60,830 nucleotides of DNA, taken from the NCBI GenBank assembly GCA_007695355.1, contig REDX01000164.1:1-60830 (forward strand), given 5' to 3'. The translations under genes and the position numbers were made by a program. Shown one piece after another: positions 52,779-60,830 of the stretch. How positions within the stretch are numbered: position 1 is the first letter of the stretch; each line of letters starts with the position of its first letter. The DNA is from Planctomycetota bacterium. GTDB lineage: Bacteria; Planctomycetota; UBA11346. A model generated the notes under the pieces. The model was not told the origin of the DNA and made no database searches. It worked only from the letters and a program-made list of their open reading frames with translations.

Positions 52779-54379
52779 ACCACCCTCCGGCCCCAGCCCA
52801 CCGTGGCGCTGTGCGCATGAGCTCGATGGTGCTGATCGCCAGCTTTGTCCTCGCCATCGTGCTGAGTTTCAGCTTTGCCGACGATCCCTACCGCCTCTCC
52901 ACCATTGGACACCCGGTGGATCAAATCGCCCTTGCTCACCGCGATAGCCCCTACTCCCATATTACCTGGGTCATCTCAGAAGCGCATAATTACGCTGAGC
53001 TGCGTTTCTTTGATAAGGTGGAAGGCGGCGTCTGCCTCGTGCCCAGTTGGGCTGACCTCGCGCAATTCAATCGCGATGGGGCCTTGGATCACCTGCTGAT
53101 GCCCGCCGACGCAAACCTTGACGGCGCTCCGCCAAGCCGTTCCTGGCCAGCCGATCGCCCCAAGCCCAATCCCGGCACCCTCACCAAGTCGGCCTATGTA
53201 AATATGTTCTCGGCAGGCGTCTTACTTAACGATCGCCTGATCGCCGAGGCCGGTGGTGACCCCCGCCAGGCCAAGGCCAATATTCTCGTCGTTGGCCTGG
53301 GCTCTGGGGTCGGCATTAGCCTGCTTACCCATCACTTCCCCGAAGCCTCCATCGCCGTCGTCGATATCGATCGCGTGGTCATCGATATGGTGGTCGATCA
53401 CTATCCTTTCCTTGCCTGGCTGCGTCATCAGCAGACCAGCGATGGCCGGCCACGCCTAAAAATGGGCCGCGAAGAGGCCGTGGATGCCCGCCAATACATT
53501 CGCCACGAATCCCTGCGCAATGACGATGGGCGGCGCTATGATCTGGTGATTATCGATGCTTTTACCGATGGCAGCACCATTCCTCCACACCTCATGACCA
53601 GGGAATTCTATGAAGAAGTCCGGGCCATTATGCCCGATGACGGCATTGTCCTCTCAAATATTATTGGCAGCTACACCGGTCGACAGCATCGCATTCTTGG
53701 CGGCAGCATGCGCGCTCAACAAGATGCCGGCTTCAGCCACGTTCACAATATTCCCCTCATGCACGGGGCGCGCGAACTCAATCCCGAGCAAACCCGCAAT
53801 AATATTGTCCTTGCCAGCGCCGTGCCCATAGACCCTGAAGGTCACGCCGCCGGCTGGCAGCGCCTCAACCGCTGGCAGCCCTATCCCGAACTTCCCACCC
53901 GCCGCTTTATTTCCCGTCTGATCTGGCTCATTGATAACAACCCGAACCGCATCTATGCGATCTCAGCCCAGGCCCCGATTTCCGCCGATGGGCGCTGGGA
54001 CAGCCTACGCAGTCGCCTGCGCCAGCTGGTGGGCAATCAGGCCGGCATGGATAATCCAGCGCTCTGGGGCATGAGCCAAGACAGCAGCCTGATCGAGGAA
54101 GCGCAAGCCATGGTGCTCGCCGATTTTCCCCGCGCGGTGGGCTGGAATAGCCCTATCCCCCGTGGCACCCGCATCCTCTTTCAGGAGATCGACTGGGTAC
54201 AACTGGCCCGAGATAATTGGCAGGGGGCGATAAACGAATCAAGTCGTCGACAAGTTCCCGGCCGGCGTTTACTGCACCGGGCAGATCACCTTATTGGCGA
54301 AGACGCCCGGGGCGGCTGGATCCCCAGGGTCCCTCGCTTTACCGACGCCCGGCCCAACGCCGATCTCTATAATCGCTAA
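52775..54379 (+). CDS. Spermidine-synthase-like class I SAM-fold protein (catalytic half)
   Basis: DSPY, LVVGLGSG, VDID, DARQYI, YDLVIIDAF, IPPHLMTREF. Confidence 0.8.
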   Translation: MNHPPAPAHRGAVRMSSMVLIASFVLAIVLSFSFADDPYRLSTIGHPVDQIALAHRDSPYSHITWVISEAHNYAELRFFDKVEGGVCLVPSWADLAQFNRDGALDHLLMPADANLDGAPPSRSWPADRPKPNPGTLTKSAYVNMFSAGVLLNDRLIAEAGGDPRQAKANILVVGLGSGVGISLLTHHFPEASIAVVDIDRVVIDMVVDHYPFLAWLRHQQTSDGRPRLKMGREEAVDARQYIRHESLRNDDGRRYDLVIIDAFTDGSTIPPHLMTREFYEEVRAIMPDDGIVLSNIIGSYTGRQHRILGGSMRAQQDAGFSHVHNIPLMHGARELNPEQTRNNIVLASAVPIDPEGHAAGWQRLNRWQPYPELPTRRFISRLIWLIDNNPNRIYAISAQAPISADGRWDSLRSRLRQLVGNQAGMDNPALWGMSQDSSLIEEAQAMVLADFPRAVGWNSPIPRGTRILFQEIDWVQLARDNWQGAINESSRRQVPGRRLLHRADHLIGEDARGGWIPRVPRFTDARPNADLYNR

Positions 54380-54393
54380 GCGCGGAGGCTGCC

Positions 54394-55287
54394 ATGGCGC
54401 GCATTCTCACCATTACCGCCAATCCCCTCCTCGATTTCCTGAGTAGTCAGGCCCTGGTTCCTGGTAAGGTGACCCGCTGCCCGGCACTCAGTCCCATGGC
54501 CGCCGGCAAGGGCATTAATGTCGCCCGCGTGCTCCAGCGCCACGGCCACCAGACCTGCGCCTGTTTTTTCGCCGGTTCCCACACCGGTGCCATGCTGAGC
54601 GAAGCGGTTGCCGCCGATGGCATCCCCACCCTCGCCATCCCCACCCGGGCGCGCCTGCGCATTGGCCTCATCAGCGCAGCCAATGAAAACCAAGCCCAAG
54701 GATCCTTATTGGAGGATGGCTTCGCCGTTGAAGAGGATGAGGCCCAGGCCCTCCTCGACGCCGTCAATGGGCGCATCGCCGATCAGGACCTCGTCATCAT
54801 AAGCGGCAGCGTTCCTGACCCCCGTCTGCAGCAGCTCTACGCCAAGATCGCCGCCGAGTGCCAAAATCAGCAGGTGACCTGCTGGATCGACAGCTATGGA
54901 GCAGTCATGGATGCGGCCCTTGACTCCCCCCATCCACCCAGCTTAAGCAAGCCCAATCGAGAAGAATACGCCATGGGCAGCCAGTGGGCAAACGTCGAAG
55001 AACTCCATATTACCGATGGCGGCAAGGGCACCACCATCCGCCGCCCGGAGGCCAGCTACCAGCTTAGCCCACCGCCAGTGCAAGAGATCAACCCCGTTGG
55101 CAGCGGCGACTGCTACCTCGCTGGCCTCGCCCATGCGCGACTCAGCGGCTGGGAACTCAGCGATCAGTTCCGCTATGCTGCCGCCTGCGGCGCCGCCAAT
55201 GCCGCGCGCTGGGATGTGGCGCAAATTGCACCCGGCCCCGCCATCGATGTCCTGCTGCCCCAGGTGCGCATAAGCGAAGCCCGTTGA
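54394..55287 (+). CDS. PfkB family hexose kinase (1-phosphofructokinase-like)
   Basis: T.NP..D, AGKGINVA, KPNREE, NPVGSGD. Confidence 0.9.
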   Translation: MARILTITANPLLDFLSSQALVPGKVTRCPALSPMAAGKGINVARVLQRHGHQTCACFFAGSHTGAMLSEAVAADGIPTLAIPTRARLRIGLISAANENQAQGSLLEDGFAVEEDEAQALLDAVNGRIADQDLVIISGSVPDPRLQQLYAKIAAECQNQQVTCWIDSYGAVMDAALDSPHPPSLSKPNREEYAMGSQWANVEELHITDGGKGTTIRRPEASYQLSPPPVQEINPVGSGDCYLAGLAHARLSGWELSDQFRYAAACGAANAARWDVAQIAPGPAIDVLLPQVRISEAR

Positions 55288-55343
55288 AGCCGGCCAATGA
55301 TTCGGCCTTCTCCCCGGCCCCAGCGCCCTAGCATGACAGCACC

Positions 55344-55835
55344 ATGGCCCTGATTCCCGTTCGTGTCAGCAACCTCATCATCGATGCCGCAAACGACCAT
55401 CAGGCCCTTGTACTGCGGGAAATTGACGGCGAGCGCCACCTTGATATCGCCATTGGCCTCTTTGAAGCCCTGGCCATTCAGCGCTCCTTGCATCAGGAAG
55501 ACTTTCCCCGCCCCCTCACCCATGATCTCTGCGCCATGCTTATCACTGCCTGTGAAGCCCAACTGCAAGGGCTGCGCATTACCGGCTGCGAAGAGGGCAC
55601 CTACCTTGCCCACCTACATCTCGCATGCGCCCATAAAGACATCGAAATGGACTGCCGCCCCTCCGACGGCGTCGCCCTCGCCCTGCGCAGCCCCGGCTGC
55701 GGCATCCTCATCAATGAAGAGCTTCTCAATCAGCCAGCCAGCAGCAGCGACGACGCAACTGAGAACGATCAAGCCTCGGAGGACGACGCTTATAACGAAG
55801 AGGATGACGAGAGCGACGATTGGGACGAGGACTGA
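55344..55835 (+). CDS. Bifunctional nuclease family (DUF151) protein
   Basis: IAIG.FEA, RPLTHDL, DCRPSD.VALA. Confidence 0.9.
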   Translation: MALIPVRVSNLIIDAANDHQALVLREIDGERHLDIAIGLFEALAIQRSLHQEDFPRPLTHDLCAMLITACEAQLQGLRITGCEEGTYLAHLHLACAHKDIEMDCRPSDGVALALRSPGCGILINEELLNQPASSSDDATENDQASEDDAYNEEDDESDDWDED

Positions 55836-55928
55836 ACTCGAAACCAGGTCTTGAGCTACCCTGCCCCCGAATCCGAGTCCGCGCTTGCCTCAGCGCAGAC
55901 AGAGCCATTATCCGGCCTTCCCGTTTGA

Positions 55929-56006
55929 CGGGGCGTAGCTCAGCCTGGCTAGAGCGCCTGGTTTGGGACCAGGAGGTCGCATGTTCGAATCATGTCGCCC
56001 CGACCA
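55929..56006 (+). tRNA. tRNA-Pro(TGG)
   Basis: CGGGGCG/CGCCCCG acceptor stem, anticodon arm cctgg-TTTGGGA-ccagg, GTTCGAA T-loop, CCA. Confidence 0.97.
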
Positions 56007-56415
56007 AAATAAAGACCCCGCTTAAGAAAGTGGGGTCTTTTTTTATGGGGATCGCCTTGCTGCATGGATTCGAACATGCGGCTCTTACCTCTTGTGATCA
56101 GCAAAGCTGATCACAGGTCCGGGGGGACGGGCTTGCCAACCCCGGCAAGCCCTACGCGCTGCGCGCGTTCCCCCCGGACGGTCGCATGTTCGAATCATGT
56201 CGCCCCGACCAAGAGAAAGCCTCCACTTCAGTAAGTGGGGGCTTTTTTATGGCCATCGCCTTGGTGCATGGATTCGAACATGCGGCTTTTAGCTCTTGTG
56301 ATCAGCAAAGCTGATCACAGGTCCGGGGGGACGGGCTTGCCAACCCCGGCAAGCCCTACGCGCTGCGCGCGTTCCCCCCGGACGGTCGCATGTTCGAATC
56401 ATGTCGCCCCGACCA
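55975..56415 (+). repeat. tRNA-linked tandem repeat: three copies of the 32-bp tRNA-Pro 3' end delimiting two ~205-bp structured units
   Basis: ggtcgcatgttcgaatcatgtcgccccgacca at 55975, 56180 and 56384; intervening sequences nearly identical. Confidence 0.92.
56011..56044 (+). terminator. Intrinsic terminator after tRNA-Pro
   Basis: aaagaccccgct / agtggggtcttt stem plus T-run. Confidence 0.8.
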
Positions 56416-56650
56416 CTTTTAGCTCAGGGGCGATGCCCCTACGGCTGCTGCGCAGCCTACCCCACTGGCTTTGGCGGGGTTCACCCGAATCGGCAAGCCG
56501 ATTCGCCTGTGGGCGCATCGCGGCGCGATCATATGCGCCCACCACCCCTTGGCGCCAGGTCCCCGCTTAAGTAAGTGGGTCTTTTTATGGCGAATAAACC
56601 TCGTTACCAAGGCGGAAGCCACGGACGGTGGGACTCTTGTCCCACCAGAG
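56416..56650. repeat. Cluster of short REP-like palindromes, partly related to the 1-341 repeat
   Basis: aggggcgatgcccct, gaatcggcaagccgattc, gtgggactcttgtcccac; ccaccaccccttggcgccaggtc (56539-56561) matches the start of the 1-98 repeat. Confidence 0.6.
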
Positions 56651-56722
56651 TGCCTGGCCGAGCTAGCGCTCGGGAAACCCGCGACCACAAAGCGAAAAGC
56701 CACCCATTCTGCAAGCACCTGC

Positions 56723-57325
56723 TCAATCCTTCTGCCCTTCGCCCTCCGGCGCCGGAACCGCCATCTCCGACTGCCAACTGGCGAGCAATGATGCCGGATC
56801 AAGATCGTCCAATGCCTTTTCCTCCTCGGCTAGTATGCCCTCGACCCAGATCGCTAGGCGCGTGTAAGCCCCCTGCAATTCCTGGGGAATCGTTTGGTAC
56901 CAAGTGCTGGTGCGGGTCGGATTGGGCAGATAGTGCCAGGTGCCATCAAGGCGGATGAGATAAAAGGGCATAAGGATCAACTGGCGACGAGCATCCGCAT
57001 TCACCACCCGCAAGACCAGCACCGCCGCATCATCGTCCTGGCGGCTGGCAATGGCAGCAAAGCCGTGCACACCTTGTTCAATCCGCTCGATGTTTTCCCG
57101 CGTTGCGCTGCGCGAGCGCCGCAGCACAAACTCCCTAGAGATCGGCGCCAAAAACTCCAGAACTGCGTCCGCATCTCCCTGATATTTGAGCTGGCGCAGG
57201 TGGGCCAGGGCTTCCTCGGCGCTGCCCTGCATCGGCAGGGCGGCCGGGGAAGGCTCTGCTGCAGCTAGGCGCTGGGACAGGCCCATGACGCCAATAAAAA
57301 GGAAAACTGCAAGCATGCGTATCAT
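56723..57325 (-). CDS. Hypothetical exported protein
   Basis: Signal peptide (MIRMLAVFLFIG...AAA), DUF4878/NTF2-like DGTWH motif. Confidence 0.6.
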   Translation of the reverse strand: MIRMLAVFLFIGVMGLSQRLAAAEPSPAALPMQGSAEEALAHLRQLKYQGDADAVLEFLAPISREFVLRRSRSATRENIERIEQGVHGFAAIASRQDDDAAVLVLRVVNADARRQLILMPFYLIRLDGTWHYLPNPTRTSTWYQTIPQELQGAYTRLAIWVEGILAEEEKALDDLDPASLLASWQSEMAVPAPEGEGQKD

Positions 57326-57590
57326 CGAAGCCTCCCGCTTACTGGGGCTTAGCTGAGAGCTCAGGGCAGCACTCAACCTTCTCACCGTCCCTATCCTATT
57401 AACGCCAATCGCCGCTGGCTGTTGGTTTGACTTAACGACAAGCCACCATGCAGGGCTTGGGCAAGATTGGGAAATCGGGCATTAAGGTAAATGACTACCT
57501 CAGTAATAAACAGTCCAATGGTGGACTGCCACACTTCTGGCCCATGCTGCGCCACAAGCCCTTCCCCTGCCCCGTCACCCCGGAGCTGCC

Positions 57591-58232
57591 ATGCGCCCCG
57601 CCTACCAGGTCAAAACCTGCTTTGGCCCCACCATTCAAGGTGAGGGCCCGCGCCAGGGTGCGCCCTGTGTCTTTCTACGCCTGGCCGGCTGCAATGCCTG
57701 GGACGGCCGCAGCGAGACCCGGGCGGAAAGCGCCTGCCCCTACTGCGATACCGATTTTCGCGGCGGTGAGCCCCTGGACGCGGCGGCGATTCTGCAGCGC
57801 CTGCGGGAGCTCTGCCAGGGGCGCAGCGGCCTCGGCCTAGTAATCAGCGGTGGCGAGCCCCTGCTGCAGGTGGACGAGGAGCTCATAGCCCTGCTCGCCC
57901 CCCACTTCCCCTGGATCGATATTGAAACCAATGGCACCCGCCCGGCTCCGCCCCGCCCGCCCCAGGTGCAGGTGGTCTGCTCACCCAAGGCGGTGCCAGG
58001 CCAGCCCCTGGTGGTGGTCCCCGATGCCTGGAAAATCCTCATCCCGGCCCAAGAGCAATTTTTAGCCCAGGCCCTGGAGAGCCCGGCCCCGGTGTGGCTG
58101 CAGCCCGTATGCCCAGACCACGGCCCCAGCGGTCCCGCCTATGCCGCCAACCTCGCCCGCTGCCTCGATCTCGCCTACCGCCATGGCTGCCGCATAAGCA
58201 TCCAAGCCCATAAATACCTTGGCGTCGAATAG
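57591..58232 (+). CDS. queE: 7-carboxy-7-deazaguanine synthase (radical SAM, Cx14CxxC type)
   Basis: TIQGEG, FLRLAGCN, C-x14-CPYC-DT, SGGEPLLQ, IETNG, SPK, Q.HKYLG. Confidence 0.9.
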   Translation: MRPAYQVKTCFGPTIQGEGPRQGAPCVFLRLAGCNAWDGRSETRAESACPYCDTDFRGGEPLDAAAILQRLRELCQGRSGLGLVISGGEPLLQVDEELIALLAPHFPWIDIETNGTRPAPPRPPQVQVVCSPKAVPGQPLVVVPDAWKILIPAQEQFLAQALESPAPVWLQPVCPDHGPSGPAYAANLARCLDLAYRHGCRISIQAHKYLGVE

Positions 58233-58373
58233 GCCCAGCCCCTTTCGTCCATGGCAGCGATTGCCGCGACAGCCTCTCCCCCACCAGCCCAAGAAGAACA
58301 GGCTGTGCCACAGCCGCCCCCCCAGCCCAGGACCTGCCTTGCAGCAGGGCCGCAAGACCCTTCCAATGGCAGC

Positions 58374-60221
58374 ATGCCCAGTGTGCGAATTATAGATGGC
58401 CCCGGCGCCGGCCTAGCGGTGGAGCTCCAAGACGCCTTAAGCATTGGCCGCGATCCCAGTTGCGGCCTGCAATTGGCTGATGTTAAGGCCAGCCGCCGCC
58501 ACGCCCTCATCTCCCCCCAGGCCGAGGGTTGGCAATTGCGCGATAGCGGCAGCGCCAACGGCATTTGGCAGGGCAAGGAGCGCATTAGCCAGCTTGATTT
58601 GAGCGATGGCAGCGAATTCCGCATTGGCGGCACCGTCCTGCGCTTTGAAGATTCTCACCAGATTCCCCCGGGCAGCGCCGACGATCAGGCCTGGGGCGAA
58701 ACCATTACCGGCCTGGAAAGTAGCGGGCCCGGTGAGTCGGCGCTCTTCACCACCGAATCCAGCCTAAGCGCCGGGGCTAACGATTACCTCCTGCTGCTGC
58801 ATCAGGTGGTGCACCGCAGCCAGGGCACGGCCAGCCGGGAAGAACTTTTTGATATCCTCGACAATGTCGCCGCCGATGCCCTCGACGGCGATCGCTGCGC
58901 CGTCTTTCTCCCCAAGGATAGCGGCTGGCTGCTGTGGCCGCCGCACGAGCGACGGCTGCGCGCCCGCTTTGGCGCCACCCCCTTCGCCGGCACCCTGCTG
59001 AGCACCGCCCGCCAACGCCTGCAGCCCCTGCTGTGTACCGCCCGTGGCGACCTCGACCCCAGCATGAGCATGGCCCAGGCCGGCCTGCGCTCGGCCATGG
59101 TGGCCCCCCTGCGCATTGGCAGCGAGGTACATGCCCTGCTCTATGTCGATCGCCTGGAAAGCAGCACCCCCTTTAGCCGCCGCGATCTCGAATTTTTAGA
59201 GGCGGTGGCCAACCAGCTAGCGGTGCGCTTGCATAATATGAGCGAACTCTCCCGCCTCTCGGCCGAGGTTGAACGCCTCTCGGTAAGCCGGCCGCGGGAA
59301 CAGGTAACCCTCATCGCCAACGCAAGCAACCGCGAAACCTGGCGGCGCTTTATCGAGAGCGCAGCCCAGGTGCAGCAGCCGGTGCTGATAGTTGGCGAGC
59401 CCGGCACCGGCAAGCGCAGCCTGGCCAAGGCCATTCACCAGGCCTCGGAGCGCGCCAGCGCCCCCCTGCAAATGCTGGCCTGCGCCAGCTTGGATGAATC
59501 CGCCTGCGAATTGAGTCTCTTTGGCCGGGCTGCTGGCAGCGCCGACGAAGCCCGGCCCGGCCTGCTTGAGCTGGCCCACCAGGGCAGCCTGCTACTGGAC
59601 GACATTGGCAGCCTTAGCCCCCTCCTGCAGCGCCGCGTGCTGCAGGTCCTGGAGGAGGGCCAGTGCCAGCGCCTCGGCGAAACGGCCCCGCGCCAGGTCG
59701 AAGTCCGCCTCTTCGCCACCCTGCAACCCGGCGCTGAGGACGGACTGATTCCTGAACTCGCCCAGGCGCTCAGCACCATGCGCCTGGATCTCCCCCCCCT
59801 GCGCGAGCGCGGTGAGGATCTGGACCTGCTGATTGAGCACGCCATCGCCGAAAGCGCTGAACGCCTCGATCAACCGGTGCGCAGCCTCAGCCCCGAAGCT
59901 CGCAGCCTGCTCTTAGGTTACGCCTGGCCGGGGAATATCCGCCAATTGCGCAGCGTTATTGAGCGCGCCATGGTCATCGCCCACGGCCCCCTACTCCAGG
60001 CCGAAGATTTGCCCGAGCACCTGCGCGAGGACGCCGGCCACAGCCCCGCCCCCAATGGCAATACCCAGTTGCCCCTGCTTCCCCTCGCGGAAATGGAGCG
60101 CAGCCATATTCTGCGCATGCTCGAACACTGCGGCGGCAATAAAAAGGCCGCCGCCGAACTTCTCGGCATCGACCGCTCTACCCTCTACGCCAAGCTTCGC
60201 CAATATGGTGTCCATGGCTAA
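58374..60221 (+). CDS. FHA-GAF-AAA+-Fis-HTH transcriptional regulator (sigma54-activator family, degenerate)
   Basis: FHA IGR..SRRHA..SANG; GAF; GEPGTGK; PPLRERGED; WPGNIRQL; GNKKAAAELLGIDRSTLYAKL. Confidence 0.88.
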   Translation: MPSVRIIDGPGAGLAVELQDALSIGRDPSCGLQLADVKASRRHALISPQAEGWQLRDSGSANGIWQGKERISQLDLSDGSEFRIGGTVLRFEDSHQIPPGSADDQAWGETITGLESSGPGESALFTTESSLSAGANDYLLLLHQVVHRSQGTASREELFDILDNVAADALDGDRCAVFLPKDSGWLLWPPHERRLRARFGATPFAGTLLSTARQRLQPLLCTARGDLDPSMSMAQAGLRSAMVAPLRIGSEVHALLYVDRLESSTPFSRRDLEFLEAVANQLAVRLHNMSELSRLSAEVERLSVSRPREQVTLIANASNRETWRRFIESAAQVQQPVLIVGEPGTGKRSLAKAIHQASERASAPLQMLACASLDESACELSLFGRAAGSADEARPGLLELAHQGSLLLDDIGSLSPLLQRRVLQVLEEGQCQRLGETAPRQVEVRLFATLQPGAEDGLIPELAQALSTMRLDLPPLRERGEDLDLLIEHAIAESAERLDQPVRSLSPEARSLLLGYAWPGNIRQLRSVIERAMVIAHGPLLQAEDLPEHLREDAGHSPAPNGNTQLPLLPLAEMERSHILRMLEHCGGNKKAAAELLGIDRSTLYAKLRQYGVHG

Positions 60222-60295
60222 AGGTTAGCGATAGGCGATCGACCGGCGACCATCGCCGATAAACGACAGCCGATCGCCAAAAAACCATCGCTAGC

Positions 60296-60733
60296 TCACA
60301 CATCTCCGCCGGGCTGATCCAGTAATTCCCAAATCCGCTCTTCTTCTTCGGTTCCTTCGGAGCCAACGATAATTTCGCTATCAAACAAGCGAACTTCGCC
60401 AACTCCGCTCTTGTAGAAATATTCAAATTCCGATGTCGACACTTCGCTATCCACATCGAAGAAACCGGTGCCCGAGGTGCTGCCCACAGCCCGCCCCTCA
60501 ATGCGAATGCTGCCATCGATACCATTGGGCGATGTCGCCGCCACATCGCTAATGCGCCAGATGACCCGCCCCTCGCCGGAAATATTTCCCAGCGGGGTGA
60601 ACTGACTGTAATTGTAATCAAAAAAGTAGGCAAATCCGGCTTGCGGGTTAAGCGGCATGAAAGGCGTCATTAAGCCGACTACCTGTGACGCGGCATTGGT
60701 TGGCTCAAGATCGATATCGTAGCTAATGCTCAT
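60296..60733 (-). CDS. Hypothetical beta-rich protein, possibly the 3' part of a longer gene
   Basis: Open frame with coding-like codon usage extends upstream past ATG 60733 to an in-frame TGA at 60800-60802. Confidence 0.55.
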   Translation of the reverse strand: MSISYDIDLEPTNAASQVVGLMTPFMPLNPQAGFAYFFDYNYSQFTPLGNISGEGRVIWRISDVAATSPNGIDGSIRIEGRAVGSTSGTGFFDVDSEVSTSEFEYFYKSGVGEVRLFDSEIIVGSEGTEEEERIWELLDQPGGDV

Positions 60734-60830
60734 CCACCAAATCCAATCGCCAAAGGTGGTAAAGGCATCGCGATAGCTAGAGCCAGTCCCAAAATCGGCT
60801 CAGTCGGAACGGTCATAAAACGATGGCGCG

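Noticed and set aside
55975-56415. CRISPR array (32-bp direct repeats)
   Set aside because: The repeat is the tRNA 3' end, spacers are ~172 bp and nearly identical, and no cas genes are present
56007-56415. Integrated prophage or genomic island bounded by attL/attR at tRNA-Pro
   Set aside because: Only ~205 bp lie between duplications; no integrase or cargo genes
60258-60265. Sigma28 -10 box GCCGATAA
   Set aside because: No TAAA -35 at the right spacing, and it lies between convergent genes inside a hairpin region
43870-60830. Genome-wide reassignment of TGA (Trp or Sec)
   Set aside because: Many genes end at TGA with tight ATGA/GTGA overlaps at their expected C-termini (moxR, batA, hisF, atpH); the CheA site is not a Cys position and no SECIS was recognised

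Overview
GC-rich bacterial chromosomal window. The gene content (Hanks kinases, GYF_2 protein, FHA-GAF-AAA+ regulator, moxR/bat operon, NatAB-CPBP) suggests a Planctomycetota-like host, which is an inference. The core content is tRNA-Ala(GGC), hemerythrin, TraB/GumN, a moxR-DUF58-bat operon, an oversized stand-alone flgE, dnaJ-grpE, hisF, rnz-rsuA-surA-cvrA, a complete F0F1 ATP synthase operon, YceI, an SDR, a DHQS-like enzyme, NatAB, a split spermidine-synthase-like pair, PfkB, a DUF151 nuclease, tRNA-Pro(TGG), queE and a degenerate sigma54-type activator. Four things stand out. (1) A visibly lower-GC ~7.5 kb block encodes a minimal chemosensory cassette: a double-GYF_2 protein, hybrid CheA, CheW and a soluble two-Cache-module receptor with a degenerate MCP hairpin tip in its middle. 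CheA carries an in-frame TGA and the receptor gene is split by a one-base shift at TTT-TTT-TGA. (2) A tandem array of ~205-bp structured units follows tRNA-Pro, each unit regenerating the tRNA 3' end and carrying an antisense copy of the T-arm. (3) Several MITE/REP-like palindromic elements are present. (4) Several proteins have odd architectures: BatB/C with four Ig-like repeats, an 885-aa FlgE with a duplicated insert domain, and a CT398-like protein lacking its zinc-ribbon cysteines. All family calls come from motif recognition by eye; no database searches were run.
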